Assembly: GCA_040954595.2 (NCBI GenBank)
Contig: CM082580.2
Coordinates: forward strand, 6,517,519-6,581,518
DNA from: Balanoglossus misakiensis
Taxonomy: Eukaryota > Animalia > Hemichordata
Length of the DNA: 64,000 nucleotides
Direction of reading: 5' to 3'
Shown in pieces: positions 40,370-53,724 of the stretch (position 1 is the first letter of the stretch; every line of letters begins with the position of its first letter). The notes under the pieces are model-generated. The model made no database searches. It was not told the DNA's origin and saw nothing but the letters and a program-made list of their open reading frames with translations. The position numbers and the translations under genes were made by a program.

Positions 40370-41768
40370 CGGTAGCCCCCTCATGTCAATCCTAAAATAT
40401 TATTTTGAAAGTTAAACTTTCAAAATTATAGACAATATCTTCTCCCAAAAGTAAGTTTTGGTGAAGGCAACTATAATTTTGACGCACACAATTTCAATTT
40501 CAGTGGAGTAAACTTTTTAATTTTTGACAGTAAAACTTTAATTCAGGTGCGAACTTGGCCCATGTCCATGTCTGAGGTCATGTTTTCTAGAGCGGCTATC
40601 TATAACTCAGCGTGGCCAGTCGGCCGCGGTGGGTTCGATAATCAGCGCGAAAGTCGACCATCATATGGAAATTGTTTGCCGTCGATGTCCAAGTAAACAA
40701 TAGCGTGTAAGGTGAACATGTGTGGGTGGGATCGACCATTTTACCCTAAACGGAACAGCCGGTTAATGGGAACGTTTTGTCTGCGCCCATATGGTGTCCT
40801 GATTAAACGGCGGCGACTGTACCACGGTCACTCCACAAACTGCCTAGGGACAGAGCAGCACTGTGGTTTACTGTACACGTAAAATGTGAAGCATACACGA
40901 AACATAATTTAAAGGACTTTAATTTAAACGATCCTACGAGCCAAGTTCGCACCTGGCCGATTACTCCCACGGACCGACTCCCCTAGATCTTGTATTCGAT
41001 TTGATCGACAGCGTCATTCAAAGGTCTACGATACGTCGGCGAAATTGTCCGGATTTGTCTGCCCCGGCCGTAGTAGATACAATCTGTAAACATTGCACTG
41101 TGGATAGATAGCCATCTCATCTGTTTGTTGGATTTATGTACTCCTGTAACGTTCTCATGTACGGGAATTGTGGGATAGCTTCATTTCCGCCGCGAAGAAA
41201 AAAATATTTTGCTTTCTGAAAATATATTTTGTCATGCATGTAAAAGAAATGCGCCCGCCGAAACCTGAATTGCGCCCCATGAAAAAGTTTGTCAGTAGCA
41301 ATAGAAAGAGCGCCCCCATAAGTTGTGTAACTAGAAATTAGATAAAAATATATTTACATCTGTAAAATAAAATTTTCACCCGCGAAAAGTAATGTTACTT
41401 AAAAAAAGTTTTACAAAATAAAATATTTCTTTCCGAAAATAAAATAATTCTATGTAGTATAGATAGTTTTATCTCAAGTGTTAGAAGTTTATTTTGGAAA
41501 AAAATCTTAAAATTTTACTCTCGGAAAAAATAAAATTGGCTTTCGGAAATTAAACTTTTGTTCTCTATAATAAGAGTTGTGTAAAGTAAAATTAAAGTTT
41601 TACTGTCAAAATTAAAAAGTTTACTCCACTGAAATTGAAATTGTGTGCGTCAAAATTATAGTTGCCTTCACCAAAACTTAAGTTTACTTTTGGGAGAAGA
41701 TATTGTCTATAATTTTGAAAGTTTAACTTTCAAAATAATATTTTAGGATTCGCATGAGGGGGCCACTG
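40370..41768. mobile_element. Non-autonomous DNA element with ~175-bp TIRs and TA flanks (Tc1/mariner-like target)
   Basis: 40370-40543 is the reverse complement of ~41591-41768 (CGGTAGCCCCCTCATG / CATGAGGGGGCCACTG). TA at 40368-9 and 41769-70. Confidence 0.85.
40544..40955. mobile_element. Inner segment bounded by a 16-bp inverted repeat (nested element relic)
   Basis: CAGGTGCGAACTTGGC at 40544-40559 and its reverse complement at 40940-40955. No TSD. Confidence 0.5.
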
Positions 41769-43499
41769 TAAATATGATATGTTTTGTGTTATATTATCTT
41801 GCCATTCCATTATAATATTATTCTATTACAAATATTCCCACTGAAAACTGTTGAAGTAAGAAAAGACAATATTTTTTACTTTAGAGAGCTGTTTTTAAAT
41901 GTATAGGTGAAATTATATGCAGTCCGAATCCAAAGGTTGACAAACGGAAGACCACTGTCTCTTCAATATGGCATCGTTTTTTTGCCAATGCGATTCTACA
42001 GAACAAATGGCAACATCAAAAAATTTCTCTGATAATAAATTGACATGTGAAAAATTAAAACTAAAACAAACAACTGATTTATGAGAGCGCTCTGAATACA
42101 CAGAGTTTCCAGAGGCCTTCGGTAAATTTGCTTGCCCATGAACTGTGTCACATGATTTGGACAAAGTCATGTCTCATCAAAAAGGTCAAATGATTCTGCA
42201 TTAGGTCATAGCCTCGTTTTGACTATAGGAACACTTCACATTGAAGAACGTGTTATCGCTATATTAAACTCACCATTTGAATCCCATAAATCCAAGATTT
42301 GACGTTTATACAATGTACAGAAATTGATTTACTAAATATGTGCATATATAATTTGGGCGACTTTTTATGAATATATAATTAGGGGATAAATAAGTTTTCT
42401 TTAACAAACACGCATTTTCACAAAAATTGATTTACTATATTAGACTTTACATACTGGATATTCTAAGAAAATAGTTTTTCTTTCGGAAAACATGTTACGA
42501 AAACAGTTGTCAGTAATTGTACAAGTAGTACTCCATTCTTCAAATTGATGATCCTTAAAATTAAAAAAAAATCCAGATTTTAGGATAAACGAATGCGGCC
42601 GAAAAAAACACACGAAAATTTAATACTTTAAAAATTCACTTCATGTCAGGCCATTATCAGCGCGCACATTTCTGTTATCTTTATATTTAATTCTTCGCTA
42701 TCAAATGACGTCAGACGCGCTCAGGTGGCAGTTGCGTTCGCATTCAAATTTCCAGATGACGGGCAACTTCAGCAACGTGGACTTACGTGGTGCAGACAAA
42801 GACTGTGCAGACGAAATGCAATGAGGCTGATGAGGCAACATACCCGATACATGTTATGTGTTTGGCGGTTCTAAAGTAAAAACATACTCGGGAAAACTTT
42901 TACTGGATGCCGAAATATTGCTTGCCCGTCATCTGGAAATGACTGCGCCATGGGACACATTGCCAGATCACGTGATTGATAGTAAAGAATTTATTGACGG
43001 GATCATATCGAGAGAAGCAAAACGACCTTTGTATCTACGGGGTAACTTATGCATGAGTTTTTCCGAGCTCTTTCCATGGAAAACTTGAAATGCAGCATGT
43101 CATCGTAGTTATATGTCTTTATTTCACCATTTACAGGGGAAAATAAAATTACAAAAGTCGATAATTGATAGCATATACAATGCAAAAATGGTGAGGGTTG
43201 TGAAAATTGCTAAACTGTACTTGTCCTAATTCATGACCCAAGATACTCACAAGGATGCAATTGAAGTGAAAATAACACGATGCATGTACTGTACCAAAAG
43301 TATAAAGATAAAGCAGGTGAGGAGTACATCTTGTACCGGTGGTATTCAAATTAGTAAACAGGATATTAATTACATAAAGCAGAAGTACTCTATGGTTTCT
43401 TATAATACAAAAACGGTTATATACAAATACTGGTAGTAAATACAGAAGGGAAGTCATAAAATAAACAAGGACAAAAAACAACCAAAATGTAATCGTACA

Positions 43500-44030
43500 A
43501 CAAATCCCTATGTTAACTATTAAAATGTATTTCTTAAGGTTCTTTTTTGAAAGTATGTCTTGTTTTTATCTGTTTTAGTGATATTGGTAGTGAGTTCCAG
43601 TGTTTTGCTGCCATGCACTTAATCTGGTGATGTGATATTGTTAGTTTGTGGGCTGGTGTTTGCTAAGACCATGAAAGAGCTGTGCGTGTAGCGTGTCATG
43701 TGTCATTTGTAATTTTGTGAATAATTGTTCTGAATGGACGTAATAGTTAGAAGATGTAATCAGGCGGGTTAAACACAATGTGAAGACGATGGATAGGTTC
43801 TAAATGAGTTGGATAAATGTCGCCCCAGATCTCAACACAATTATAGCTAAGATAGGGTAGAATTAGAGTGTTATATAAACCATTATTAAAGTAGGCATGG
43901 GGTCAAATGTAGCGAATACGTGAAATTATTCCAATTTTAGCAATGATGATGTTAATGTACCATATCAATAAGATGTTTCCATGTGAAATTAGAGTTTGCA
44001 TCCCACCCCAAGATAACTTCCACCTTGTAC
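43500..44030 (-). mobile_element. Degenerate CR1/L2-group LINE 3' relic
   Basis: Minus strand gives ILPYLSYNCVEIWG and ISHHQIKCMAAKHWNSLPISLKQIKTRHTFKK, homologous to the C-terminus of the LINE at 31410. Confidence 0.7.
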
Positions 44031-44059
44031 GCCTTTAATTGGAGCATTTCCGATTGAAA

Positions 44060-44390
44060 GCTGTCCATATCAATTTTCCACATGGCACCATGTTATCAGT
44101 GGTGTCCCTCAAGGATCTGTACTCGGACCCATTCTGTTTGTTATTTTCATTACCGACCTACCGACTCCTACCTGCTGACTCAACACAAATCCAGAGTGAC
44201 CTAAATCATCCCAATGGAGCAACGATTGGCTGCTCAAATTTCAGCCTGACAAGTGCAAAGTTTTACCAATTGACAGCAAAAATAAGTCAACAAATATTTA
44301 TCCTTACACTATGCGCCGTCCAGATGGAACAAATACCACTTTAGAAATTGTCAAGTATGAAAAAGACATTGGCGTCATAGTGACAGAAGT
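44060..44390 (+). mobile_element. Degenerate CR1-like RT relic
   Basis: WHHVISGVPQGSVLGPILFVIFITDLP, WSNDWLLKFQPDKCKVL, YEKDIGVIV. Confidence 0.8.
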
Positions 44391-45239
44391 TGGAATAATA
44401 TATGCATTAATTCAATATGGCGAACAGTCTTCCTAGAAAAAACATATTTGGGCAGAATAGATCCGCTCCAAATGCATTCTGAAGAAAAAATCTGTTGCAA
44501 TTTGTGGTGGGTCTATAGCCCTATAATGAACTATTTTCCCCCAGAGCCTGAAGCCACACCATGTCTCTAGCGGGATTTTGTATTTAGCTTTAAGTAACAT
44601 GGCAATTATTTGTAGTCAAGAGTAAAAAATAAAATGGCTGATGGGCGTGGGCTTGTCTCGCCGTCCGTACTCGATTTTTCGTCGGTGGCCTTCCCTTGCA
44701 TCGAAAGACACTAGCTCTCGGTGACCGGAGATTTATACAACTAATGTTGAAGGCAAGGGGTCCTTGGTAAACGACGAATTCCATGGCAATTTTGCGGAGA
44801 GCTCTCGTCGGTGTATCACCTGCGTTTGCAATTCGTTTGATTTGTCCACGTGACCGTGGTTTGTCGTGAGATCCGATTTCAAACAATTGCATCTCAATTA
44901 CAGAAAAATTAACGCCGACTTACCTTTGCGACATCCTGCAAAATATTCGGTTGTACTATGATGTAGTCTTTTATTCGCTCGCGCTTATTTATTTGGCGAT
45001 GGCAATTACACCCCAGGTGAATTTGGACGACTGCTGTCATAAAGATTAGTTGAACTTTGATGTAATATAATATCACGTGACAACTGTGAAGCCAATTGAG
45101 AACGTAGTTTCACACCAACCATGCATGTATATTTCCATTGGTTTGTCTAAAGACCCCCATGGCCTGGTTAATTTTTTTTACCAAAAACATTATACATGTA
45201 ATACAAAGTAAAGAGCAAAACTATTTGTGAAATCGAAGT

Positions 45240-45480
45240 GTTGTCGGCAAATTGTCATAACGAGAAGTTTTATTGGTATCATGGGCTCAATAAGTTAGCA
45301 TCTTCGGTTGTTGGCTCCAAAATAAAGGAATGCTCTGACTTGTGATGGAAATAGTCTGAATAAGACTTAGGCCTAGAAGGTGTCTGGCTTCTACTTCCTA
45401 AGTCTAGACCGATCCTAGTAAGAAAAAAACTTATAACCATTGACAATATCTTTTGGTGAGTCACATGTCTTCACATTATT
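45240..45480 (-). mobile_element. Degenerate LINE ORF2 linker relic
   Basis: FFLTRIGLDLGSR...SYSDYF...SFILEPTT resembles the NxFFxxIG...F.L.PTT tether region of CR1/L2 ORF2. Confidence 0.45.
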
Positions 45481-47264
45481 ATCGCAGGTGTTGCCATAGT
45501 CAATTGATCTGGCAGACATGTTCCACTTTTGGCCTTTTTCTTTTTCATTAAATTATTGGTGATACCCCATGTCTTCATGGAGTTTTCTAGCAAAAATGGA
45601 CCCATAATAAGCACGTTTTGCAGGTCGAAGGTCGTTCATACAATCCTGTAAAGTCGTTTACTCGTTATCGTCTCTGTATTACAATTCGGTGATAACATTT
45701 TGGCGTACAACCTGTGATTTTTGTTAATTGATTTCCTTATCGAATATGTAAGTCATGGTTTACTTTTACGTTCTCTTTACAGACCTTTCAACTACTGGTG
45801 CATGAGTATTACAAGAATTAATAAATATAGAAAAAATGTGTTATACGCATTATCAACATCTGTGCATGACTAAACTTCATCCCATTGTTGCCCAGACAGG
45901 TCATTTATAAAGTCTTCTTCCATGAACGATTTATAAAATAACTTTTACTGGAGCAGGAGTAAGAACACACGTACACATAGCCTTGAAAAATACGCACGTT
46001 ATTCAAGAAATTAGAGGCCAGCCTTATAAGACGTGAAAATAAAAAATACTGTGTCTTATCTGTGTATTTCTGGCAGTGTTTAACTCAGCAAACTTTGCGT
46101 TTGTCCGAGATGTACCATCAAGTTTACCAGCTTAATGTTTGCCTCCGATGTCACCAAACAGAGGGCAACAGATCCCCACAACCTGAGTACAATGCAAAAC
46201 CATTATTCGTTTTCGGCTGTCTATTACGCTAAACTTGCAACAGTGTGTCGGAAGGTATTGTGCATAAAAGTTGGATATATACTTTGTTGAATGTACTGGT
46301 AACACTGTGGAAAACGGCTTTATTTTGCTATGAAAAATCATTATTTTCGATCAACTTTGTAAATGAAATACTTATTTGCCAATGCAGCAACACTGTTTTA
46401 AAAATGTAAATTGCCTAATTTCTAAGTTCAACATGACAGTAATGTCATAAACTGCATGAAACTGAATGCCTATAATGTGTTTCATTGACACTAATGTTGT
46501 TCATCTTTTTACTGACTGTTTGCACACTATTATGTGTTGAAACGTCAGTGTAAACATTTTTATCCAATCCCCTTTCTGACATTACATCTATGACACAATG
46601 TTAGTCAATACTGGAAATTATCATCTTAAAGTGTGTACACGTTTTTCGGAGCTGTTCTCTGTTCTCTGTTCGCATGCATATACGAGCCTGTACATCTGCA
46701 GTCCACGTCTTTGCGCGCGTTCTTCTGTGTCGATGGTTTGTAACCATCTTCTTGCCACCTAGCCTTGATCATGACCTGTTCACGATACTAAGTTTGAGTG
46801 GCTGTTCTGGTTAAGTGTTTTGTCATTCACTAAAGTTTGATATTTTAGGCCTAAGTTTTATAATTCCGTTGCAATATGTTCTTGTGTCTGGTGTCGCTGT
46901 GTATACTACTTGTGTTCTATTTGGGTGGTGATACTTATTTGTTATGCGCTGTTGAAGGCGTCATACTAGGGTAAAATGTCGGCACAAATGCAATTATAGC
47001 GTCATAAAGTCAGACAGACAGCCAGCCAGCCAGACAGACAGATAAATGGATAAGGCACATTTTATTGCATTCCAAAGCCTCCAGCGCATATATATTACTA
47101 AAATACAGAAATGTCCTACAATTGTACACATAGTGCTCTTTCTAAGATTTAAATGCTTTAAATACAAAATGGCACACTTGTAATATCAATTTTGTGTCTG
47201 TAGATGACAAAAGATTGGTAAATAAAAAAGGGGGTTCAGTTTTTATATCGTGGGAAGGTGGGAC

Positions 47265-48075
47265 TCAAAGGTGATTGGCACAGTTACGTGTACTCTCCCC
47301 CGTGAAGTTCTTATCACACTGCCAATGTGGAAACATGGTGATTTGCTCCTTCTCGATGCAATCTATCATATGGTTTCTCATTAGGCTTTGGTGCCATCTA
47401 TATTTTGTCGGATCATTGTCGAGGCATAAAGCATATGCATTTGCAATTGCGAACGCGCCGCAATCATTTGAACCCGTTCTTTGCTGCTGGACGTCCGGCA
47501 GTTCAAAAGTATTCCCCCTTCCCGTGTAGCGATTCACGGCCTCTTGTATAAGAGGATCCAGCCGCTCGCTTGTACGTTGTGAATCGTAGATGCGTACGGT
47601 ACCGTGACTGACACAACCTCGGTTCGAAAAGGTTATCCAGTGAGACCCGTGCAGCATGATCTGCACAAAGATTACATGCATGACTGTTAACAGGGGATTA
47701 AACAACACTCTTGGCGAAGTGGTCGCAAAGGTGTCCTGAAGTCCATTATTTGCCGGAATTTGATTTTGCATGAGACCTTGAAAATAATCTACGTGTTTGT
47801 CGCTCAAATATGGATTGAGTGTGTAAATCAATTCCTCTTTCTTGTTTTGTTCATTTTCTCTCTGACACGCAGAGGTTGTTTCCTCTATCGACCATCTTAA
47901 TCGTTCACCTAATTGAAGGGGACTTAAAGCAGCATCACGTGGTATATGTTCTGAGGTTGGCAACGCGGCAGCTCTATAAGTAGAAGAATACAATTGGTTG
48001 TTAGTTCTTCTTGGCGAGTTGACGCAGTAAACATTCGCAAGAGGCTTGTACTTCTCATCATTACATTCTCTCTTT
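47265..48075 (-). pseudogene. Ulp1/SENP-type (peptidase C48-like) cysteine protease domain, transposon-associated
   Basis: Catalytic motifs HWI, IYDS, QQQRTGSNDCGAFAIANA, then MRNHMIDCIEKEQITMFP and an N-terminal YLSDKHVD. No introns. The upstream in-frame sequence is broken by stops. Confidence 0.75.
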
Positions 48076-48630
48076 TACTGGCGACCTTCATGAAAATGCT
48101 GCTACACTCAGAATGTGTCATCTGAAATTCCAATAAACTTCTTCAAAGCTTGTCAACGACGTTCCAATGTTTTAACTCCCTGTTTTGATTTACAGGTTAA
48201 CATAAAAATAGGGCGGGTGCCGCATGTTGGGGAAAATGTATCATCACGTCAAATTCAACCTGCAGATGTACGACCGGAACGTAGAGTCAGCTTCAAAGCC
48301 TCTAGATGAAATTGTATGCTCGACTAAGTTTCTGTTATAACTGAATCACCAGTCGAATAATATCACGTATTTCTGCGTGAAGTTCGTACATACCTAGGCA
48401 CGGCGCTGTTTTCTTGAAACGTTTCCAATGGGCTTCTTTGGTGTTGTTCGTAGTATTCAATCCTATGTAGCGATTTGCCACGGCCCATGGCTTGTGCCTG
48501 TTGCACAGGCTTACCGTCTTTACTGCAATTAGATAGTACAGTGACTTTTTAATTGTTGTACAGAATGTCATTTCGAGCTTTGCGTGTGCGGTGATTATGT
48601 AGTGTTCTGTATGTCCATGGAGAACCAAGT
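48000..48630 (-). mobile_element. Heavily decayed DDE-transposase-like region (Merlin/ISXO2-like by eye; MULE is the alternative)
   Basis: Pieces across frames: RYIGLN, PCLGMYE, LVEHTIS...DSTFRSY, FYVN, and GVKTLERR*QALKKFIG...LANVYCV (E..W..LK with TGG>TGA). Confidence 0.4.
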
Positions 48631-49133
48631 AACTCCAAGTTAATATTCACAGCGTGTGGTTGTCTGAGAGCGAAGCCACAAACGAATAAAATATATAAAT
48701 ATATAATTTAAAAATGCAACTGGACCAAGCAACTTAATTTACCAAGAAAAGTTCGACATGAGTCGATCAAATGGCCATAACAATTAAGTTTATACATCAT
48801 AGGCAAAATACCTCGTGTCTACATGGAAACTATCAGATTCTTCATATTCCATTTCTTCTTCGTAAGCTTGCACGCCAGATTCCTCCCACTCCATTGTGTC
48901 TTCACCAGAATCTTGTGGCGGTACACAGCGAGGGTCGCGTTCAATTGTAGTCCTACAAGGATGAGATACGAAATTGGGTGTTACAGACAGTTGCCATGCA
49001 ATTATACTGGTTTGAAAAGGATTGTAGCTTGTAATGTCACTATGCCATGGCAATTCTGATGACCATACCCCAAGACGTGTAAGGTATGAAGGAGAAGACA
49101 CATTGTTCTACATTTGTGCGAAATTGTTACTTG

Positions 49134-49590
49134 GTTCATGAGCTATAACCCATGAAAAATATCTTAAAAAATCCAAAATTTCTCTCTTTGAAGAATTTCA
49201 TGAGCTATAACCCATGAAAAATATCTAAAAAAGTCCAAAATTTCTCTCTTTGAAGAATTTCATGAGCTATAACCCATGAAAAATGCCTAAAACTATCCAA
49301 ATCATGAAACGTTTGCAAAGTCTAAAATTTGTCTCTTTGAAGATTTTCATGAGCTATATGTAACTCATGAAAATGTCCAAAAATGACAAAATCATCAAAA
49401 GTTCACAAAATCGAGAAATTGTATTTTTGAAGATTTCCATGAGCTATAACCCATGAAAAATGCCCAAATCGTCAAAATTTGTCTCTTCCAAGATTTCCAT
49501 GAGCTATATAACCCATGAAAAATGACCAAAAATGACAAAATCTTGAAAAGTTTGCAAAATCGAAAATGTGTTTCTTTGAAGATTTTCATG
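49134..49590. repeat. Short diverged array of the terminal satellite family (60-90-bp units)
   Basis: CATGAGCTATAACCCATGAAAAA core (or close variant) at 49137, 49199, 49261, 49348, 49438, 49498. Confidence 0.9.
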
Positions 49591-52500
49591 TAGTGTGATA
49601 AGTGATATAAAACGCGTTTCACCTCGTGTGGGGGTCACTGTCTTTTGCCTCACCTGGACTGTTCTGTTTTCATCCTAGTCTATTGAACTTTGCCCCAGCG
49701 ATTGACACTGCAATGCTCTAAAAATGTGTCCGGGAATTCTTTAAACCTTATCTTTCGTAGCATAGACATACAATCTACCCTCTTTTGTACCAAGACATGT
49801 CCCTCTATCGTTTCATCTCACTTGATGCCCACAGTACATGTATGTGTGAGAGTGCGTGTTTCTCTCAAATATATGATGACCCAGGAGAAACAAACTGAAA
49901 ACGACGACCAAAACAATGTGCGTTTATTATATTAGGTCACTCTGCAACCAGGTTAGTTTCGATACGCACACATGAATCAGACCCCTAATAAAATCATTAT
50001 TAACCGCATGGCCGTTCATATTAATTTCTCATGTTTGTTTTTGCAGAAATAGCTGCATATTCTCTTGCTGTTCTGATCTTCCAAATCCCATATCTGCATT
50101 AAAATTAAAACTTTGAGTCTGCGTACAGTTCTGTGTGTGCTCCTGGCGTTACACAGAGGCCGTGTAACGCCGGGAGCGCACTGACCGGTACGCAGAGCAA
50201 GATGAAACACGGCTCACCATACCATTTTTCACGATTACATGTACTTACATTTGTTGGCTGATTTTCAATGATTGAAGATTTTCACGGGCTAAATTACATA
50301 CAGTAGCAAAAGTACATGATTATGTTTCAAAGTGATGGTATAATCAACTGATCTTACCGCAGTCCCCTATTAAACACTCCTGGGCTTGAGGTCATGGTGT
50401 TCGCTGCTTCCATTTTTTTCCCAGTCTAGTCTGCAGTTTTATATAATATGTCCGTGTGACACGCCTAATAGAAACAGATACACGATATTTAAAAGATCTC
50501 GTAAGTATACTTACCAACAAAAACCTTACAGCAATAGCCAGAGCAAGAGCTAAGTTCCAAAACATTTTTGACCTAATTGAACTACACCGAACACATGCTG
50601 TCCACTGTTTATGGTTACAAAGTCCACCAATACTAAAGTAAACTAATGCAAGGAGAATTTTCCCTTTTTCAGATACCACCCCCAAGCACCCTAAAAATCA
50701 AATAATCACTCCCTACTCATTATAATGTTGAACTCCAGTCTCTTGCCGCATTCACCTACCTTGTTAAAATGAGCCCAATGTTATCAATGTGTAGTTTTAC
50801 ATGGTATTTCCCTTTGCTTCTGCCGATTAAAATGGCGGCGTTTGATTACCAACGGTATCGTGCCTTCCAAGCCCAAACGTACGCCGTACGGAACCTAATA
50901 CGCGTTTGATGTTTGTTGGTTCATATTATAAACAACACACAAATACTGGGCTATATTTTTGATAGATCGCTTGTCACTGATTTCTCAGCGAATGTCGGAT
51001 TCAGAGAAACTGTTGTCGGAGAACCCCTTTCAGAGAACACTGTACTTGCTGCTGCAGTAGTGATGAATGTTACGACGCCCTCAGCGACGTACTCCAAAGT
51101 TTGCCCCTCTCTTCGCTTCCTATTGAAATCACTAATTCGGATTAGGAGCTCAGCTACATGGATGCATTGCAGGGAAGGGGGCCTGATTAACTATCAAGTC
51201 AGGAAAAAATATTTTTAAGTGGCGTTCATACTGTGGTATTGGTATATCTAATTTTGGAGGACACGGAATGCAAATTTAATTTACATGTTTAGTTTTGGCG
51301 ACCAGAGTATATCTTACAAGAATCAACTAAATTGGATTAAACTTCGCGGGTACTTTGATCATTTGAGTGCGTAGTTTGCAAACTGCTACCTCATTTATAC
51401 TTTCGACAATTTTTTCGCCCTTCTCGGCTTCAGTAGTGTACATGAATATGTTTACTTGGAAAAGCTCAGCAAGGTTACAGACTGTGGATTTGTGGCAACT
51501 TTTGACGTACTGTTGAACATTTGAACAAATTTAGAAAGCAGGCCAAACTTCCAGAATTTGTTTCCATGTCCACAGGTGATCTTTCGCCTACTTTTGAATT
51601 TCCTGAGCGTCAGTAGGAAGCAAAGACCAAGGTCTCAGTTGCTATGGCCAATTACGGGAACAGAATTAGTTTGCCAAAATTGTGACGACTTTTCACCTTC
51701 TTTGCATATGTCAGTATCTATCATGGTTGCAAACCTAACGCTTTTTGAGTTTCAATGGGATAACAGAGTTTTCTACTAATTAACGGGCCGACCTTTGACC
51801 TTGCCCGTTTCAATTGTCTCAACATCAAAGCAGTGTTGGGGGTAATAAAATGATACAGACACAAGAATTTAATTTTAATCTAGTTCATTGGAAATTTTAA
51901 TTTCAAAGTTTTGAAACCATAAACAGAAGAGGATACATGTATGCAGTATTATCTGTAGAGTTACAATTTGTAAAAAGGAGCAAGTACATAATTTCTGTGA
52001 AGCTCAAACATCAAAAGTAGGTGACCCTGCCCCTAAACGTTTCGAAAAATAGGATGACCCCCTTTTGGATTTCAAAATTTAAGTTCCCCCCCGGCCCCCC
52101 CCCCCCCCCTCCGGATTTTGCCGGTCCCCCAGGACGTAAAAACTGAGCGGTCCCTAAGAGAGAGTAGGTGGGATGACGATGCGCTAAAATGAATAATAAA
52201 AGAATGGAATTTGACAAGATGTTATGTAACTGTGTCAGCGCTTTCGATGCGGGTCACGTGACGTGACGTAAGACGCGTCAGAGCAAAGTTTTCGCTGCTG
52301 ATTGGTTGGAGCCACCTGGACCATCTCCACTTGGAAATTTCCGTCTAGCCTTCCGTGCATTTTCATAAGAGAGTCAGACGGCCATGCTGCTGCACGGACC
52401 ACGAGAAGATGCGGAGAACTCTGCCCCCCAAACAGAGTTTCTCCGCTGGATAGTTTTCATGACGACAGCGGTAAGTAAAGTAACAGAAGTAGACACATTT

Positions 52501-53724
52501 ACTCAATTTTTGAACAGAAACATGGGTTATTTTGTGGCGAGTTACGTGCAACTAAAAAGCGAGACGTTTACACCACAGAATTGAAAAATGGGATACGCCA
52601 CAGTCAAACTGCTCGAGCCAGCGCTTCCCTGCGTTTTTAATTCACAAATTCCACCCTTTCGCGTTACTCAACTTGAGATGTACGGTTAAGACAAGTCGGT
52701 GTCATAGTTCTACTGGTGGGCGGCAGTTTTTTTTTCTTAAATAAAAAAAAACAAGGTAGTTTTTCGGGGAAGGGTAGGGGGCTACGATGAATTGGTAGCG
52801 GGGTTCGATGAATTGACAGCGGGTCCACGTGTAGTCAGCGTGTTTTCGAGTGTGAGCGAATGCAAATTTTGTATTACTACCAGACAACGGCAAAAATAAG
52901 ATTTGAAACGTTTTATTGGGAACAGTTATTTTGTGTGTCCGTGCAGTCTTTGCCAAAAAAGTTTATTTTTTCTTGGAGTTTATAATGTTCCGCTTGGCTG
53001 TAGGCCTAAACTTGAAAATATGTAAATGTACATAATGAAATGCTGGGGTTTTAGGCTACTTGTCTGTCAGCGAAGCCCTAAAACATATATTGTCGTCGTG
53101 TATGCATTGTACAATATGCGAATGAACAACAGTTTAGCGTTCGGTGAAAACGTTGATATTTGGTTTCGTGTTCATGGATAGACATTTAATTTGTTTTCTA
53201 ATTTTTTTTGCAGACCGAAGGCCCAGATGAACTGCTGCTATACTCTGCGTGGATGCTATGATGTTACAAGCATGATGTCAAAGTAAGCGGTATCAGCCAA
53301 GTTTTTTTGGCAATTTTTAAGATCTTTCAACGATTCTGACTGGTGCCGGTAGCCAGTTTAGCGAACCGATTTTGCACAAATCTGAAGAATGCAACAATAC
53401 GGATGCCATGTGTGGATGTCATTAAAGTTTGAAAACCAACATGACTACATGCTCGGTGCATGGGTCATTTTTGTTACGGCACCAACAAGTTCACTTTGAA
53501 TGCTTCGAAAGGTGCTCGTTGTTGTGAATGCGTGTGTGCATGAGTGTACGGTAAGTTGTACGGTATATTTGGGCCATGCAGCTAGACTACAATGAGGTGA
53601 GCGTTTGTATGTTCCATGGCTGAATGAAGACCAGTGGATGAAGTTTCGTAACAAGTAAGTTATATAGACATAAATAAAATCCCCGGTGCGGGTGGGTCCC
53701 ATCCCTTAGACTGTTGGTTTAATA

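Noticed and set aside
40600-40650. tRNA-like A/B boxes (TAACTCAGCGTGG ... GGTTCGATAATC)
   Set aside because: No cloverleaf can be built; at most a decayed SINE head.
41913-42190. LSKSCDTVH-containing minus-strand ORF
   Set aside because: Probably a very decayed LINE piece (DLSKAFDTV-like), too degenerate to call.
52010-52157. C-rich run ending GCGGTCCCTAA (G-quadruplex-like on minus strand)
   Set aside because: Resembles a solo end of the Harbinger-type MITE class seen at 4138-5224; no partner end found.
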